Source: Mobula hypostoma (Eukaryota). Taken from it: a stretch of DNA of 64,000 nucleotides. The stretch lies in assembly GCF_963921235.1 (NCBI RefSeq), contig NC_086097.1, forward strand, positions 183,088,001 through 183,152,000, in the 5' to 3' direction. Made by a program: the position numbers and the translations under genes. How positions within the stretch are numbered: the stretch's first letter is position 1; each line of letters starts with the position of its first letter. The notes under the pieces were generated by a model. The model did no database searches. It worked only from the letters and a program-made list of their open reading frames with translations, and was not told where the DNA came from. Shown in pieces: positions 26,970 to 41,048 of the stretch.

Positions 26970-29800
26970 CCTTCAAGGACTCTTCATTTGACGTTCTTGA
27001 TATTTATTAATTATTATTATCATTTCTTCCTTTTTGTACTTGCAGTTTGTTGTATTTTGACCTCTGGTAAAACACCCAAGTTGGTGCAGTCTTTCATTAA
27101 TTCTGTTACAGTTATGATTCAATTGTGGAATTATTGAGTATGCCCGCAAGAAAATGAATCTCAGGGTTACATGTGACAATATGTATGTACTTTGATAATA
27201 AATTTACTTTGAAATGTACAGTCACTGGAGAACAAGATTGAAGACCCAGGGGTAAAACTACTGTATTGGAGGGAAATAAGGAATTGCTGCTCCTATGATT
27301 CACGGAGACATGGCTCACTCCAGAGACACTGAGTACATTGGTAAGACCCAAGGGATTCTCAATACACTGAATGACCAGAGTTCTTTCTTGGAGAAGGGAA
27401 AAGGTAGGGTCAGTGTTTCATGATAAGCTCTTAGTGACACTTGGATGTAACAGTCTTGTTGGACTTGCTCTGACCTGGAACATCTAATGATTAAGTGCAG
27501 AAAGTTCGACTTACCAAGAGAGTTCTCCACTGTGATCCTAACTGCAGTTTATATACCACGAAAGGCTGGTGTTAAGTAGGAACTTAAGGTACTGAATGCT
27601 GTCTTCACCAATGCAAAAAAGAAACAGCCTGCACTGATGCCTTTCAAATCATTGTCAGGGACTTCAGTCAGACTTGTTTGAAGAAATCTCTGCCCAGTTA
27701 TCATCAACATATCACCTGCAGTACCAGGGGTCTCAACACACTCAACTTCTATACTGCGGTTAGGAATGTCTACCGTTCCTTGCCTAGACTGCATTTTGAG
27801 AAATCTGATCACTTGGCTGTCCTCCTTCCTGCATTCAGGCAGAAGCTAAAGAGCAAGGATCCGGAGATGAGGACAACAAAGGGGTGGCCGCAGGAGGCAG
27901 AGATCGCTCTGAGTTTGTGGACTGGGCTGAGTCCAAGGACTTGTCAGAGGCTCTGAATGAATACACCACGGTTGTCACAGACTTAATAAAAACAGCCGTA
28001 GACAAGTGTGTCTTCACAAAGCCATTCAGAGTCTTCCCCAAACAGAAGCCATGGATGAACCATGAGATCCACAATATGCTGACGACTATATCAGTAGCAT
28101 TCAGGTCTGGCGATCAGTTAAAATACAAAAGGTCCAGGTATGATCTCGGATTGAGGTACCGTCATGAACTCCCACAGCCCTTGATGATCCTGTGATTTCT
28201 GTCTCTGAGGTGGATGTGAGAGCATCCTTCAAAGGGGTGAATCCATGGAAAATATCCGGCTCTGACAGGATACCTGGCTGAGTATTAAAGACCTGTGCTG
28301 ATCAACTGGCTGGAATGGTTACTAATATCTTTAACCTCTTGCTTTGGCAGTGAGGTACCCACCTGCTTCAATTATTACCAGTGTCTGAGAAGAAGGTAGT
28401 AATCTGCATCAATGTCTATTGTGCAGTAGCATTTCCTGGACTTCCACTGTGATGAAATGCTTTCAGAGGTGGGTGATGAAACATATTATCTCCTGACTTG
28501 AATCTGGCCCAATTTGCCTACTATCGCAATAGGTGCGTTTTTTTTTTTGGCTCTTCGCTCAACCCTGGAACATCTAGACAACAAAGATATACACATCAGG
28601 ATGCTCATCATTGACCACAGCTCAGCATTCAGTACCATCATCCCCTCAAAACTAATCAATAAGCTTCAAGACCTATCCCTCAATACCTCCTTGTACAACT
28701 GGATCCTCAATTCCCTCATTTTCAGATGCCCGTCAGTTTGGATTGGCGACAACATCTCCTCCACAACCTCCATCGTCACAGGTGCACCAGGGACTGTGTG
28801 CTTAGCCCCTTGCTCTACTCGTTTTGTACTAATGACCATGAGGCTGAGTGCAGCTCCAATGCTGTATGCAAGTTTGCTGGTGACACCATTGTCGTTGGCT
28901 CAATCAAAGGTGGTGACAAATCAGCATAGACGAGGGAGACTGAAAATCTGGCTGAGTGGTACCTCGACAACCATCTCTCACTCAGTGACAGCAAGGCCAA
29001 GGAGATCATTAGGCAACCAGAGGTCCATGAGCCAGTCGTCATTGGGGGATAGAGGTGGAGAGTGTTTCCAACTTTACTTTCCTCAGTGTTATCATTTCAG
29101 ACGATCTGTCCTGGGTCCACATGTAAGTGCCAAGTATGAAGAAAGCTTGGCAACATCTCTACTTTCTTAGAAGTTTGTGAAGATTCAGCATGTCAACTGA
29201 AGCTTTGCCAAACTTCTACAGAGGTGTGGTGTGTGGAGTTCATCATGGTCTGGTATGGAAGCATCATTGCCCTTGAATGGAAAAGCCTATAAAAATTAAC
29301 AGATACTGCTGAGTTCATCATTGTAAAGCCCTCCCCATCATTGAATACATCTACACAGAGCGCTGTTACAAGAAAGAAGCATCCATCACCCAGTACCCCC
29401 ACCGTCCAGTCTCCTCACTACTACCATCGGGAAGAAGATACAGAACCCTCAGGACCAACACCACCAGGTTCAGAAACAGTTATTACCCCTCAATCATCAG
29501 GCTCTTGAACCAGAGGGGATAACTTCACTCAACTGCACTCGTCCCATCACTGAACTGTTCCCACAATCTATAGACTCACTTTCAAGGACTTTTCATCTCA
29601 TATTCTCAATATTTATTACTTATTTATTATACATTTTTTTCTTTTTGTATTTGCACAGTTTGTCGTCTTTTGCACATTGGTTGTTTGTCCGTTTTATTGT
29701 GTTTCTTGTATTTATTGTGAATGCCCACTAGAAAATGAATCTCTGGATTGTATATGGTGATATACATGTATTTTGATAATAAATTTACATTGAACTTTGA
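26970..29800 (+). mobile_element. Old Rex1/Babar-like LINE (about 27290-29800; APE+RT remnants) preceded by a direct copy of its own 3' UTR (about 26970-27215)
   Basis: [58 protein letters not shown]; both tails end GATAATAAATTTAC(T/A)TTGAA. Confidence 0.78.
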
Positions 29801-31054
29801 ATTAAGGAGGCAATATTGTCAATACTGGATTGTCCCCAGATGCGTTAGGTGCATCCAGGAGAATTTCCAGCGATGGGACCATATTCAACATTGTATTGGG
29901 AAATGAATCTAACCTAGTGACTGAAGCTTCAGTGTGAGACTGGCTTGGGAGCAGTAAGCACAACTCCACAAGTTTTCAGATAGTTATGGATAAGGGTGTT
30001 TTGAAGCAAGGTTTCAACCAGAAACATTGAAAATTCCTGTGCTTCACAGATGCTGAGTTCCCCTGGCAGATTGTCTGTTGTTCCAGATTTAGTATCTTCA
30101 TTCTCTTGTGGCTCTATGGATACAGAAAAGCTAGACCTCAGGGAAAAATGCTAAATCAGGGGAAGAATATTTCACTGTCTAGGTGGTTATCCTAGATTAC
30201 AATTGGATAAAGACAGGATGCAGAACTGGGTTGAGAAGTGGCAGATGGAGTTCAATATGGAACAGTCTGAAGTAATACACTTTGCTGGCAGAGTACAAGG
30301 TTGATGATTCTTGGCAGCGTGGAAGACCAGAATGATGTTGGGGTCCAAGTCCATAAATCTTTCAAAGTTCCTGCACATGTTGATAAGGTGGTTAAGAAAG
30401 TGTATGATGTGTTGGTCTTCATCATTTGGAAGACTGAGTTCAAGTAATGTTACAGCTCTATAAACCCTGGTTAGACTACACTAGGAGTACCGTGTTTTTA
30501 GTACTAGAGTATAAGATACTAATCTTAGTATTAGAGTATTACTGAAATCTAACACCAGATCTGGCCACCTCATTACAGAAATGATGTGAAAGCTTTAGCA
30601 AGGGTGCAGAGGAGATTTACTAGGATGCTGTCTGGATTAGAGAACATGTGTTACGAAGAAAGGTTGAGCAAGCTCGGGCTTTTCTCTTTGGAGTGAAGGG
30701 CAATGAGAAGTGACTTGATGGAGGTGTATTGATGGAGCCATATAGACAAAATGGGCAACTGGCACATTTTACTCAGAGTAGCAATCGCCAACACTCGAGG
30801 ACATCTACTGAAGGTGAGAGGAGGAAAGTTTAGGGGAGATTTCTGAGGTAGGATTTTTTTTTATATACATAGAGTGATGAGAGTCTGGAATGCACAGCTG
30901 GGAATTGTAGTAGAGACTGATATAATAGAGGTATTTAAGAGACTCTTGGACAGGCACACAGATGTAAGAAAAATGCAGGGTTATAAGGCTGTGTAGAAGA
31001 GAAACGTTAAATTGATTGTGAAGTAGGCTTATATATAGTTGGCACAACAGTTTG

Positions 31055-31537
31055 CAAACATCCCACCTCTCCCGGAAGTTCTGGGAGTCTCCCGCAAATT
31101 AATAGTGGCTCCCTGATGCCCGCAAATTATATACAATGTCCTGGAAATCAACTTTTTTGAGAGCGAGAGAGAGAAAGCAAGAGAAAGCGAGAGAGCAAGT
31201 TCCAAAAAAAAATATAAAACGTATGTCACCCCAGACTACACTAAAGTGTACCCCTACCTAATAGGGGTCAAAAATAATGACAGTGTTGCTCGCTGCACTG
31301 TTTGCAACAGTGACTTTTCTATTGCCCATGGTGGGTTAAAATGTAAAAGACATGTTGAAGCGAGTTTAACAAGTATCATTCATTCATTAGCATAGCTAAC
31401 GTTATTTAAACTAGTTGACTAGCTGCTAAGGAGCTACTCTATTGCAGACATCCCACCTCTCCCGGAAGTCCTGGGAGTCTCCAGCAAATTGATGGTGCTA
31501 CCTCCCTGAAATTAGTTTTTGCAGGGTGGGATGTCTG
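31055..31537 (+). mobile_element. Non-autonomous hAT-like DNA element (483 bp) with 6-bp TSD and internal repeat of the left end
   Basis: TIR CA(A/G)ACATCCCACC...GGTGGGATGTCTG; AGTTTG at 31049-31054 and 31538-31543; zinc-finger remnant ARCTVCNSDFSIAHGGLKCKRH. Confidence 0.8.
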
Positions 31538-31651
31538 AGTTTGTGCTGAAGCACCAATGCTGTATTGTTCCATGTTCTGTGTTCTTGACAGGAACTCGGG
31601 AGAATGGATTGGGAGTGGCTGTTATCGACAAGTCCATATCTAATATATCAG

Positions 31652-31821
31652 TGCAAACAACAGGAATTCTGCAGATGCTGGAAATTCAAGCAACACACAT
31701 AAAAGTTGCTGGTGAACGCAGCAGGCCTGACGAAGGGTCTTGGCCTGAAACGTCGACTGCACCTCTTCCTAGAGATGCTGCCTGGCCTGCTGCGTTCACC
31801 AGCAACTTTTATGTGTGTTGC
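31652..31821. mobile_element. 170-bp fold-back Penelope pLTR-derived cassette
   Basis: 13-bp TSD TCTAATATATCAG (31639-31651 / 31822-31834); 39-bp perfect internal inverted repeat; hammerhead core. Confidence 0.85.
31721..31760 (+). ncRNA. Minimal type I hammerhead ribozyme motif (PLE type)
   Basis: GCAGGC-CUGACGA-AGG(GUCUUGG)CCU-GAAA-CGUC-GACUGC; helix I pairs 5 of 6. Confidence 0.7.
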
Positions 31822-34573
31822 TCTAATATATCAGAGTCTTTTAAAGGCAAGCTGGTCAAAATTCCAGACTAACATGTTACTGTGAGGAATTCAGGCAAGG
31901 ATAGCAAGGTTTGGGAACTTGGATGATGAGAGATGTAAATTTTTTTTAGAAAAAGGAATTTTATGTAAGATTTAGGAAACTGAAATTAGACAAGGCCCTT
32001 ACAGAATATAAAGAAACTGGAAAAACCTAAAAAGCAAATCAGGAGGGCTAAAGAGGGTGACGAAATGTCCTTGCAAAGTAGGATTAAGGAGAATCCCAAG
32101 GCCTTTTATGCATACATTAGAAACAAGAGTGTAACTAAGGAAAGAGCAGGACCACTGAAGGACAAGGGAGGAAATCCACGTCTGGAGCAAGAGGAAGTTG
32201 GTGAGATATTAATCGAGTACAACACATTGGTATTTACCAAGGAGGATATAGGGATAGTGAGATAGCATATGCAGTTCTGTCATCCCATGACAGAGGATGT
32301 GGTGGTTTTGGAGAAGGTGCAGAAGAAATTTACTGAGATATTACCTGGATTAGAGAGTATTAGCTATAAGAGGATGGACAAACTTGGATTATTTTCTGAA
32401 GCATCAAAGACAGAGGGGTGACTTAATAGAAGTATGTAAAATTATTAGGGATAAAGGCAGAGTAGACAGTCTTTTTCCTGGTGGAAATGTCAGATACTGG
32501 CAGGAGACACAAGAGACGGCAGATACTGGAATCTGAAGCAAAAACAAAAGCTGCTGGAGAAACTCAGCAAGTCAGGCAGAATCTGTAATGGGAGAACGAT
32601 AACTGATGTGTTACTAAGCTGTGAGCTCCTGCCTAACTCCCTATACATCCATTCTCGCCTCTATCAGGTTATACATCATAGAGCTGATGGTTGACTCTTT
32701 AACTGTCTCCCGGGATTAGCACATGAATCATGAAAAACAATTTACCCTAAGAGAACACTGGAGAAGCTTCATGCCATGGACAATTGTGAGGCTTCGAGTC
32801 TGTAACCAACTTTAGTGAATGATAGAGAAGCCGTACCAATATTGGAAATTAGATTGATAAGGAAGGAAAGGAGAGGGAAGGGGGAGCAGTGTGGTAGAAC
32901 TAACTGGGATTATACATATTGACAAAGTGTTTGTCAACACAGGTTGATTGGTCAAATCCCCATGTATTTGTTCTGATTTTGCTTTTTTTAATTTAATTTT
33001 TAAAGTAACAGTTCTAATGAGATGAGGAGGAATTTCTTTAGCTGGGGAGTGGTGAATCCATTGAATTCATTGCCACAGGCGGCTGTGGAAGCCAAGTCTT
33101 TACATATATTAAAGGCAGAGGTTGATAAGATACTTGAATAATCAAGGCATGAAGGGATATGGGGAGAAGGCAGGAACTGGGACTGAGGGGAAAAATGGAT
33201 CAGCTGTGATGAAATGGCAGAGCAGACTCAATGGACCAAGTGGTCTAATTCTGCTCCTATACAGGATCTTATGGTAATTCAGAAGTTCTCTGAAACTATA
33301 ATTAAATGAAAAATTGTAGAAATTTACTATTTGACAATGAAAATCAAACTGCTGTGGTAACTCAGCAGGACAGGCAGTGTGCAGTTAAATGGATAGATGA
33401 TGTTTTGGTTTGAGACTCTGCATCAGGACGGAAAGCATAAAAGGGAGATGGACAGTAGAGAGGTGTGAGGGAAGGGTGAGGCAGAGGCCTGTAGGTGATT
33501 GGTGGAACTAGGTGAGGAGGGGATATTGGGCTGATGCAGACAGTTGAGGGAGGGTGGGGTAGTGGTCATAGTGTAGTGTCATACAAAGAAGACACTTCAG
33601 CCCAACTTGTCCATGCTGTCCAAAACGCCCCATCTGAGCTAGTCGCAGGCAGTGGATTGAGAAATGGCAAATTCAGCTAAGAGTGAGGGGTTGCATTTGG
33701 GAAGACAAACCAGGTCCCTGGGGATTGTTGCAGAACAGAGGAGCCTAGGGTCACGAGTGCATGGTTCCCTGAGAGTGGAGTCACAGATAACAGAGGGGCC
33801 TACGGTTACGAGGCATGGTTTCCTGAGAGTGGAGTCACAGATAAACTGGGTAGTGAAGGGGTTTTCAGCATGCTGGCCTTCGTCAGCCAGGACATTGTAT
33901 TTAGAAGTTGGGTTGTTATGTTGCAGCTATAAAGGATGTTAGTGTGGCCACATTTGGAATATGGTGTTATTCTGATAATAGAAAGATGCTACTAAGCCAG
34001 TAAGAGTGCCAGAAGAGGGGTGGTCTTATAGAGGTGTATAAAATTGAGGACATAGTCAAGTCACTTTTTATTGTCATTTCAACCATAGAGGGTGCTGGTG
34101 CAAAATCTTTCCAGGGTTGGCGAATCAGGAATTAGAAGGCATAAGTTTAAGGTGAGAGGGGATAGATTTCGCAGGAGCCTGAGGGGCAACTTTTTCACCC
34201 AGAGACTGGTCAGTGTGTGGAATGAGTTGCCAGAGGAATTGGTTGAGGCAGGTCCGTTAACAATATTCAAGAGGTACATTTATAGCGTAAGTTTAGAGGA
34301 GTATGGGCCAAGCTGAGATGGGGATTGTTAGCTTGGACAAATTGAGCTGAAGGGCCTATTTCCATTCTGTTTGACTATGACCCTATGAAATCTGGTGATG
34401 AGGCTATGGTGGTGGATGCAGGGGAAGTTTCAGAGAAATCTGGGTGGATCAGCAGAAAGAGAAAGAAACATGGGGGGAGAATTCAGAGTTCATACCATTG
34501 GGTTTAGATATGCAGACAGGATATGAGTTGTTATCTTCATTTTATTATTTGAGAATTTTTTTTTTTTTTACAG

Positions 34574-34620
34574 TGTATGTCGAAAAGGAGTTTTCCATTG
34601 TTCTGATTCAGACTGTAAAG
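34574..34620 (+). CDS. SSPO: SCO-spondin small exon: (C)VCRKGVFHCSDSDCK(E)
   Basis: Poly-T tract + ACAG|, donor AAG|GTAAGG; 47 bp, phase 2-1; parallels CACLNGTFDCSDSHC. Confidence 0.92.
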
Positions 34621-34994
34621 GTAAGGATGAGCTTGTAGGAGATTTGACATAAAAAATGATTAAAATGCAGTTCAGCTTCCCCTATTGGCCTTATGTATCT
34701 TGTGCCTTGCCCATTTATGTGAAGACCCCTGTCCTTAGTAAGCCCTCCAACATGGAGACCTCAACTTCAGGTACTCCCACCCTGGATACCCCATTCTCAT
34801 TAAACTACCAATTCCACACCATGTTGTTCTATTTTCAGCAGTTCAGAGGGATTTTTATTTCTAGCTTTATTTTATTGGAGCTGAGATAAGGCTATGATGC
34901 AGAATTTAGAATGCTTTATTCCAAAATGACTCGCTTATTTTCTTGGGATTTATTGGCTGTGATATCATATTATTGTGAATTGTACATCCCTCAG

Positions 34995-35203
34995 AGTGCC
35001 CCGAGGGTGAGGTTTGGAATGGAGGGCTCATGGACCCTCAGTCCTGTGAGCGGTCGTGCCGTGACGTTCATTCAATGAACGTGACCAGTTGCAGTTCGGC
35101 TGGAGAAGACTGTGTGTGTGAAGCAGGGAGATACAGAAACACCTCGGGTTACTGCGTGACTGCAGCTTACTGTGAGTGCATCGCTGGTGATGTCATCTAC
35201 CCG
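34995..35203 (+). CDS. SSPO: SCO-spondin exon, TIL-like: (E)CPEGEVWNGGLMDPQSCERSCRDVHSMNVTSCSSAGEDCVCEAGRYRNTSGYCVTAAYCECIAGDVIYP
   Basis: Acceptor CCCTCAG|, donor CCG|GTGAGT; phase 1-0. Confidence 0.93.
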
Positions 35204-35519
35204 GTGAGTGCCTAAAGATCAGGACCCCTTCCCAGGCTACACCCATTCATGGAAACTAGTGCATGAAACATTTGTAACAAAGCAGAAAAGCAAGTGAGAC
35301 AATTGGAGATAAGAGTTTGATCTGATAGACATTTGAGAAGCGTGGTTGCATGGTAACTAAGAACGGAATTTAAATATTTCACGGTATTTGGTGGCTCTTC
35401 TTAGAAACACCCAAAAGAAATAAGTTATGAACAGATGTTGTTTCAAGAATGTCTTGCGCAGTTGTAGCAAAGCTTCATTTTGCACTCCATCCTATTTCAA
35501 TACCCCATCCAGCAGCAGT

Positions 35520-36192
35520 TTCTTACAGACTGTGTTAAGGAATTGGAACTGGAGCTGGATGAACTCCAGGATCGTGCTGGAGGCTGATAGGTTGACAAGC
35601 GATACAGGAAAGTCGTAGTGCAGGACGCAGGTGACTGGGTGGCCATCAAGAAGGTAAAAGGGGATAGAAAGCCAATTCAGAGTACCCCTGTGGGCATTCC
35701 CCTCAAAAGCAGGTTTACTGCTTTGGGTACTGTTGGGGATATAACCTAGCAGAAGAAAGCCACAGCTTCCTGGCACTGCGTCTGGCTCTGTAGCCCAGAA
35801 GGGAAGGGAGAGGAGAAGCAGTGAACTATAATGATAGGGGATTCCATTTGTTAGGGAACAGACAGGAGGTTCTGTGGACAAGAACAAGATTCCGGGATCA
35901 TATGTGGGTCCCAGAATCAGGGACATCTTGGACTGAGTCCATAGCATTCTTAAGGAAGAGGGTGAGCTACCAGAGGTTGTGGTCTATGTGGGTACCAATG
36001 ATATGGGTAGGAAGGGTGATGAGGTCCTGCAAAATGAGTTCAGAGAGTTAGGTGCTAAATTAAAGAAAGATATCTCCAGGGTTGTGATCTCAGGATCCCT
36101 ACCCATGTCACGTGTTAGTGAGGCCAGAAATAGGAAGATAATATAGTTTAACATTTGGCTAAGGAGATGGTGCAGGAGGGAGGGCTTCAGAT
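35520..36192 (+). mobile_element. CR1 ORF1 remnant (SGNH esterase-like)
   Basis: Reads ..PEVVVYVGTNDMG..SRVVISGSLP..FNIWLRRWCRREGFRF with frameshifts. Confidence 0.7.
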
Positions 36193-36219
36193 TTCAAAGT
36201 ACATTTACCAAAGTATGTA

Positions 36220-37862
<1,643 letters not shown>

Positions 37863-38517
37863 TATACTATATACAACCTTGATGTTCATCTTACAGGCAG
37901 CCACAAAACAAAGAAGCCCAATAGAACCCATTAAAAAAGAAGAGTGTCAAACACCCAATGTGCAAAAAAAGAACAAATCATGCAAACAATAAACATTAAC
38001 CACATAACATTTGGAACTAAAGTTCACGGAAGTGAGTTCAGTCACAAAGCCAGCCATCACTGCAGCAGGTCCGGGAGCCTGTTAGTTGCAGGCCACAACT
38101 TCAGTTCAGTGCAGAGGAGTAAATCTCACTGAGCAGCGAGCTCAACACTGGTCCCGATCCCCTGACTTTAGTTCTGAATATTATTTGCCTACTTCCATTG
38201 TTTGCTCAATTTCCTTTATCTCTGCACATTGGTTGTTTGACAGTCTTTTTGTAATGGGTTCTATTGGGTTTCTGGCTGCCCATGTGGAGACAAATCTCTA
38301 AGTTGTATATAGTATACATAGTTTGATAATAAATGTACTTTGAACTTTAATACCTTGACACTGACAGGAGGCTCACAGGGCTATCATTACTTGGTTTATG
38401 TCTGCTGCTTCTTTTGAATAAATATGTCACACGTGCCGTCCTCCAGTCATTTGATAGCTTTCTAGTGGCCAATGAAGATTTAAAAATCTCTATCCAGACC
38501 CTTGAAGTCTTCTTTCC

Positions 38518-41048
38518 AGCACCCAGCAGTCTTCTGCAGAGAGATAGCAGACAACTGCAGGAAACATGAAGTTGTGGTGGTAGGGGATTTTAATTTTCCA
38601 TACATTGATTGGGACTCCCATACTGTTAGGGGTCCAGATGGTGTTGAGTTTGTAAAATGTGTTCAGGAAAGTTTTCTAAATCAGTATATAGAGGGACCAA
38701 CTAGAGGGGATGCAATATTGGATCTCCTGTTAGGAAACAAATTAGGGCAAGTGACGGAAGTCTGTGTAGGGGAGAACTTTGGTTCCAGTGATCATAACGC
38801 CATTAGTTTCAATTTGATCATGGACAAGGATAGATCTGGTCCTAGGGTTGAGGTTCTGAACTGGAAGAAGGCCAAATTTGAAGAAATGAGAAAGGATCTA
38901 AAAAGCGTGGATTGGGACAGGTTGTTCTCCGGCAAAGATGTGATTGGTAGGTGGGAAGCCTTCAAAGGGGAAATTTTGAGAGTGCAGAGTTTGTATGTTC
39001 CTGTCAGGATTAAAGGCAAATTGAATAGGAATAAGGAACCTTGGTTCTCAAGGGATATTGCAACTCTGATAAAGAAGAAGAGGGAGTTGTATGAAATGTA
39101 TAGGAAACAGGGGGTAAATCAGGTGCTTGAGGAGTATAAGAAGTGCAAGAAAATACTTAAGAAAGAAATCAGGAGGGCAAAAAGAAGACATGAGGTTGCC
39201 TTGGCAGTCAAAGTGAAGGATAATCCAAAGAGCTTTTACAAGTATATTAGGAGCAAAAGGATTGTAAGGGATAAAATTGGTCCTCTTGAAGATCAGAGTG
39301 GTCGGCATTGTGCGGAACCAAAGGAAATGGGGGAGATCTTAAATAGGTTTTTTGCATCTGTATTTACTAAGGAAGCTGGCATGAAATCTACGGAATTGAG
39401 GGAATCAAGTAGTGAGACCATGGCAACTGTACAGATTGAAAAGGAGGAGGTGCTTGCTGTCTTGAGGAAAATTAAAGTGGATAAATTCCCGGGACCTGAC
39501 AGGGTGTTCCCTCGGACCTTGAAGGAGACTAGTGTTGAAATTACGGGGGCCCTGGCAGAAATATTTAAAATGTTGCTGTCTACGGGTGAAGTGCCGGAGG
39601 ATTGGAGAGTGGCTCATGTTGTTCCGTTGTTTAAAAAAGGATCGAAAAGTAATCCGGGAAATTATAGGCCGGAGAGTTTAACGTCAGTAGTAGGTAAGTT
39701 ATTGGAGGGAGTACTAAGAGACAGAAACTACAAGCATTTGGATAGACAGGGGCTTATTAGGGAGAGTCAACATGGCTTTGTGCGTGGTAGGTCATGTTTG
39801 ACCAATCTGTTGGAGTTTTTCGAGGAGGTTACCAGGAAAGTGGATGAAGGGAAGGCAGTGGATATTGTCTACATGGACTTCAGTAAGGCCTTTGACAAGG
39901 TCCCGCATGGGAGGTTAGTTAGGAAAATTCAGTCGCTAGGTATACATGGAGAGGTGGTAAATTGGATTGGACATTGGCTCGATGGAAGAAGCCAGAGAGT
40001 GGTGGTAGAAAATTGCTTCTCTGAGTGGAGGCCTGTGACTAATGGTGTGCCACAGGGATCAGTGCTGGGTCCATTGTTATTTGTCATCTATATCAATGAT
40101 CTGGATGATAATGTGGTAAATTGGATCAGCAAATTTGCTGATGATACAAAGATTGGAGGTGTAGTAGACAGTGAGGAAGGTTTTCAGAGCCTGCAGAGAG
40201 ACTTGGACCAGCTGGAAAAATGGGCTGAAAAATGGCAGATGGAGTTTAATACTGACAAGTGTGAGGTATTGCACGTTGGAAGGACAAACCAACGTAGAAC
40301 ATACAGGGTTAATGGTAAGGCACTGAGGAGTGCAGTGGAACAGAGGAATCTGGGAATACAGATACAAAATTCCCTAAAAGTGTCGTCACAGGTTGATAGG
40401 GTCGTAAAGAGAGCTTTTGGTACATTGGCCTTTATTAATCAAAGTATTGAGTATAAGAGCTGGAATGTTATGATGAGGTTGTATAAGGCATTGGTGAGGC
40501 CGAATCTGGAGTATTGTGTTCAGTTTTGGTCACCAAATTACAGGAAGGATATAAATAAGGTTGAAAGAGTGCAGAGAAGGTTTACAAGGATGTTGCCGGG
40601 ACTTGAGAAACTCAGTCACAGAGAAAGGTTGAATAGGTTAGGACTTTATTCCCTGGAGCGTAGAAGAATAAGGGGAGATTTGATAGAGGTATATAAAATT
40701 ATGATGGGTATAGATAGAGTGAATGCAAGCAGGCTTTTTCCACTGAGGCAAGGGGAGAAAAAAACCAGAGGACATGGGTTAAGGGTGAGGGGGGAAAAGT
40801 TTAAAGGGAACATTAGCGGGGGCTTCTTCACACAGAGTGGTGGGAGTATGGAATGAGCTGCCAGACGAGGTGGTAAATGCGGGTTCTTTTTTAACATTTA
40901 AGAATAAATTGAACAGATACATTGGTGGGAGGTGTATGGAGGGATATGGTCTGTGTGCAGGTCAGTGGGACTAGGCAGAAAATGGTTCGGCACAGCCAAG
41001 AAGGGCCAAAGGGCCTGTTTCTGTGCTGTAGTTTTTATGGTTCTATGG
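38518..41048 (+). mobile_element. Young 5'-truncated CR1 LINE with about 780 uninterrupted codons of ORF2
   Basis: ORF 38502-40856 with [36 protein letters not shown]; tail (TTCTATGG)n; 8-bp TSD TTCTTTCC (38510-38517 / 41049-41056). Confidence 0.93.

Noticed and set aside
24617..34573. Additional SSPO exon hidden in the long introns
   Set aside because: Flanking exon phases and cysteine patterns already join cleanly and I saw no other Cys-rich spliceable segment; a small alternative exon cannot be excluded by eye
38502..40856. 784-aa ORF as a domesticated RT host gene
   Set aside because: Starts at a non-ATG codon in flanking DNA, lacks the endonuclease N-terminus, is frameshifted near the end, and has a TSD and LINE tail
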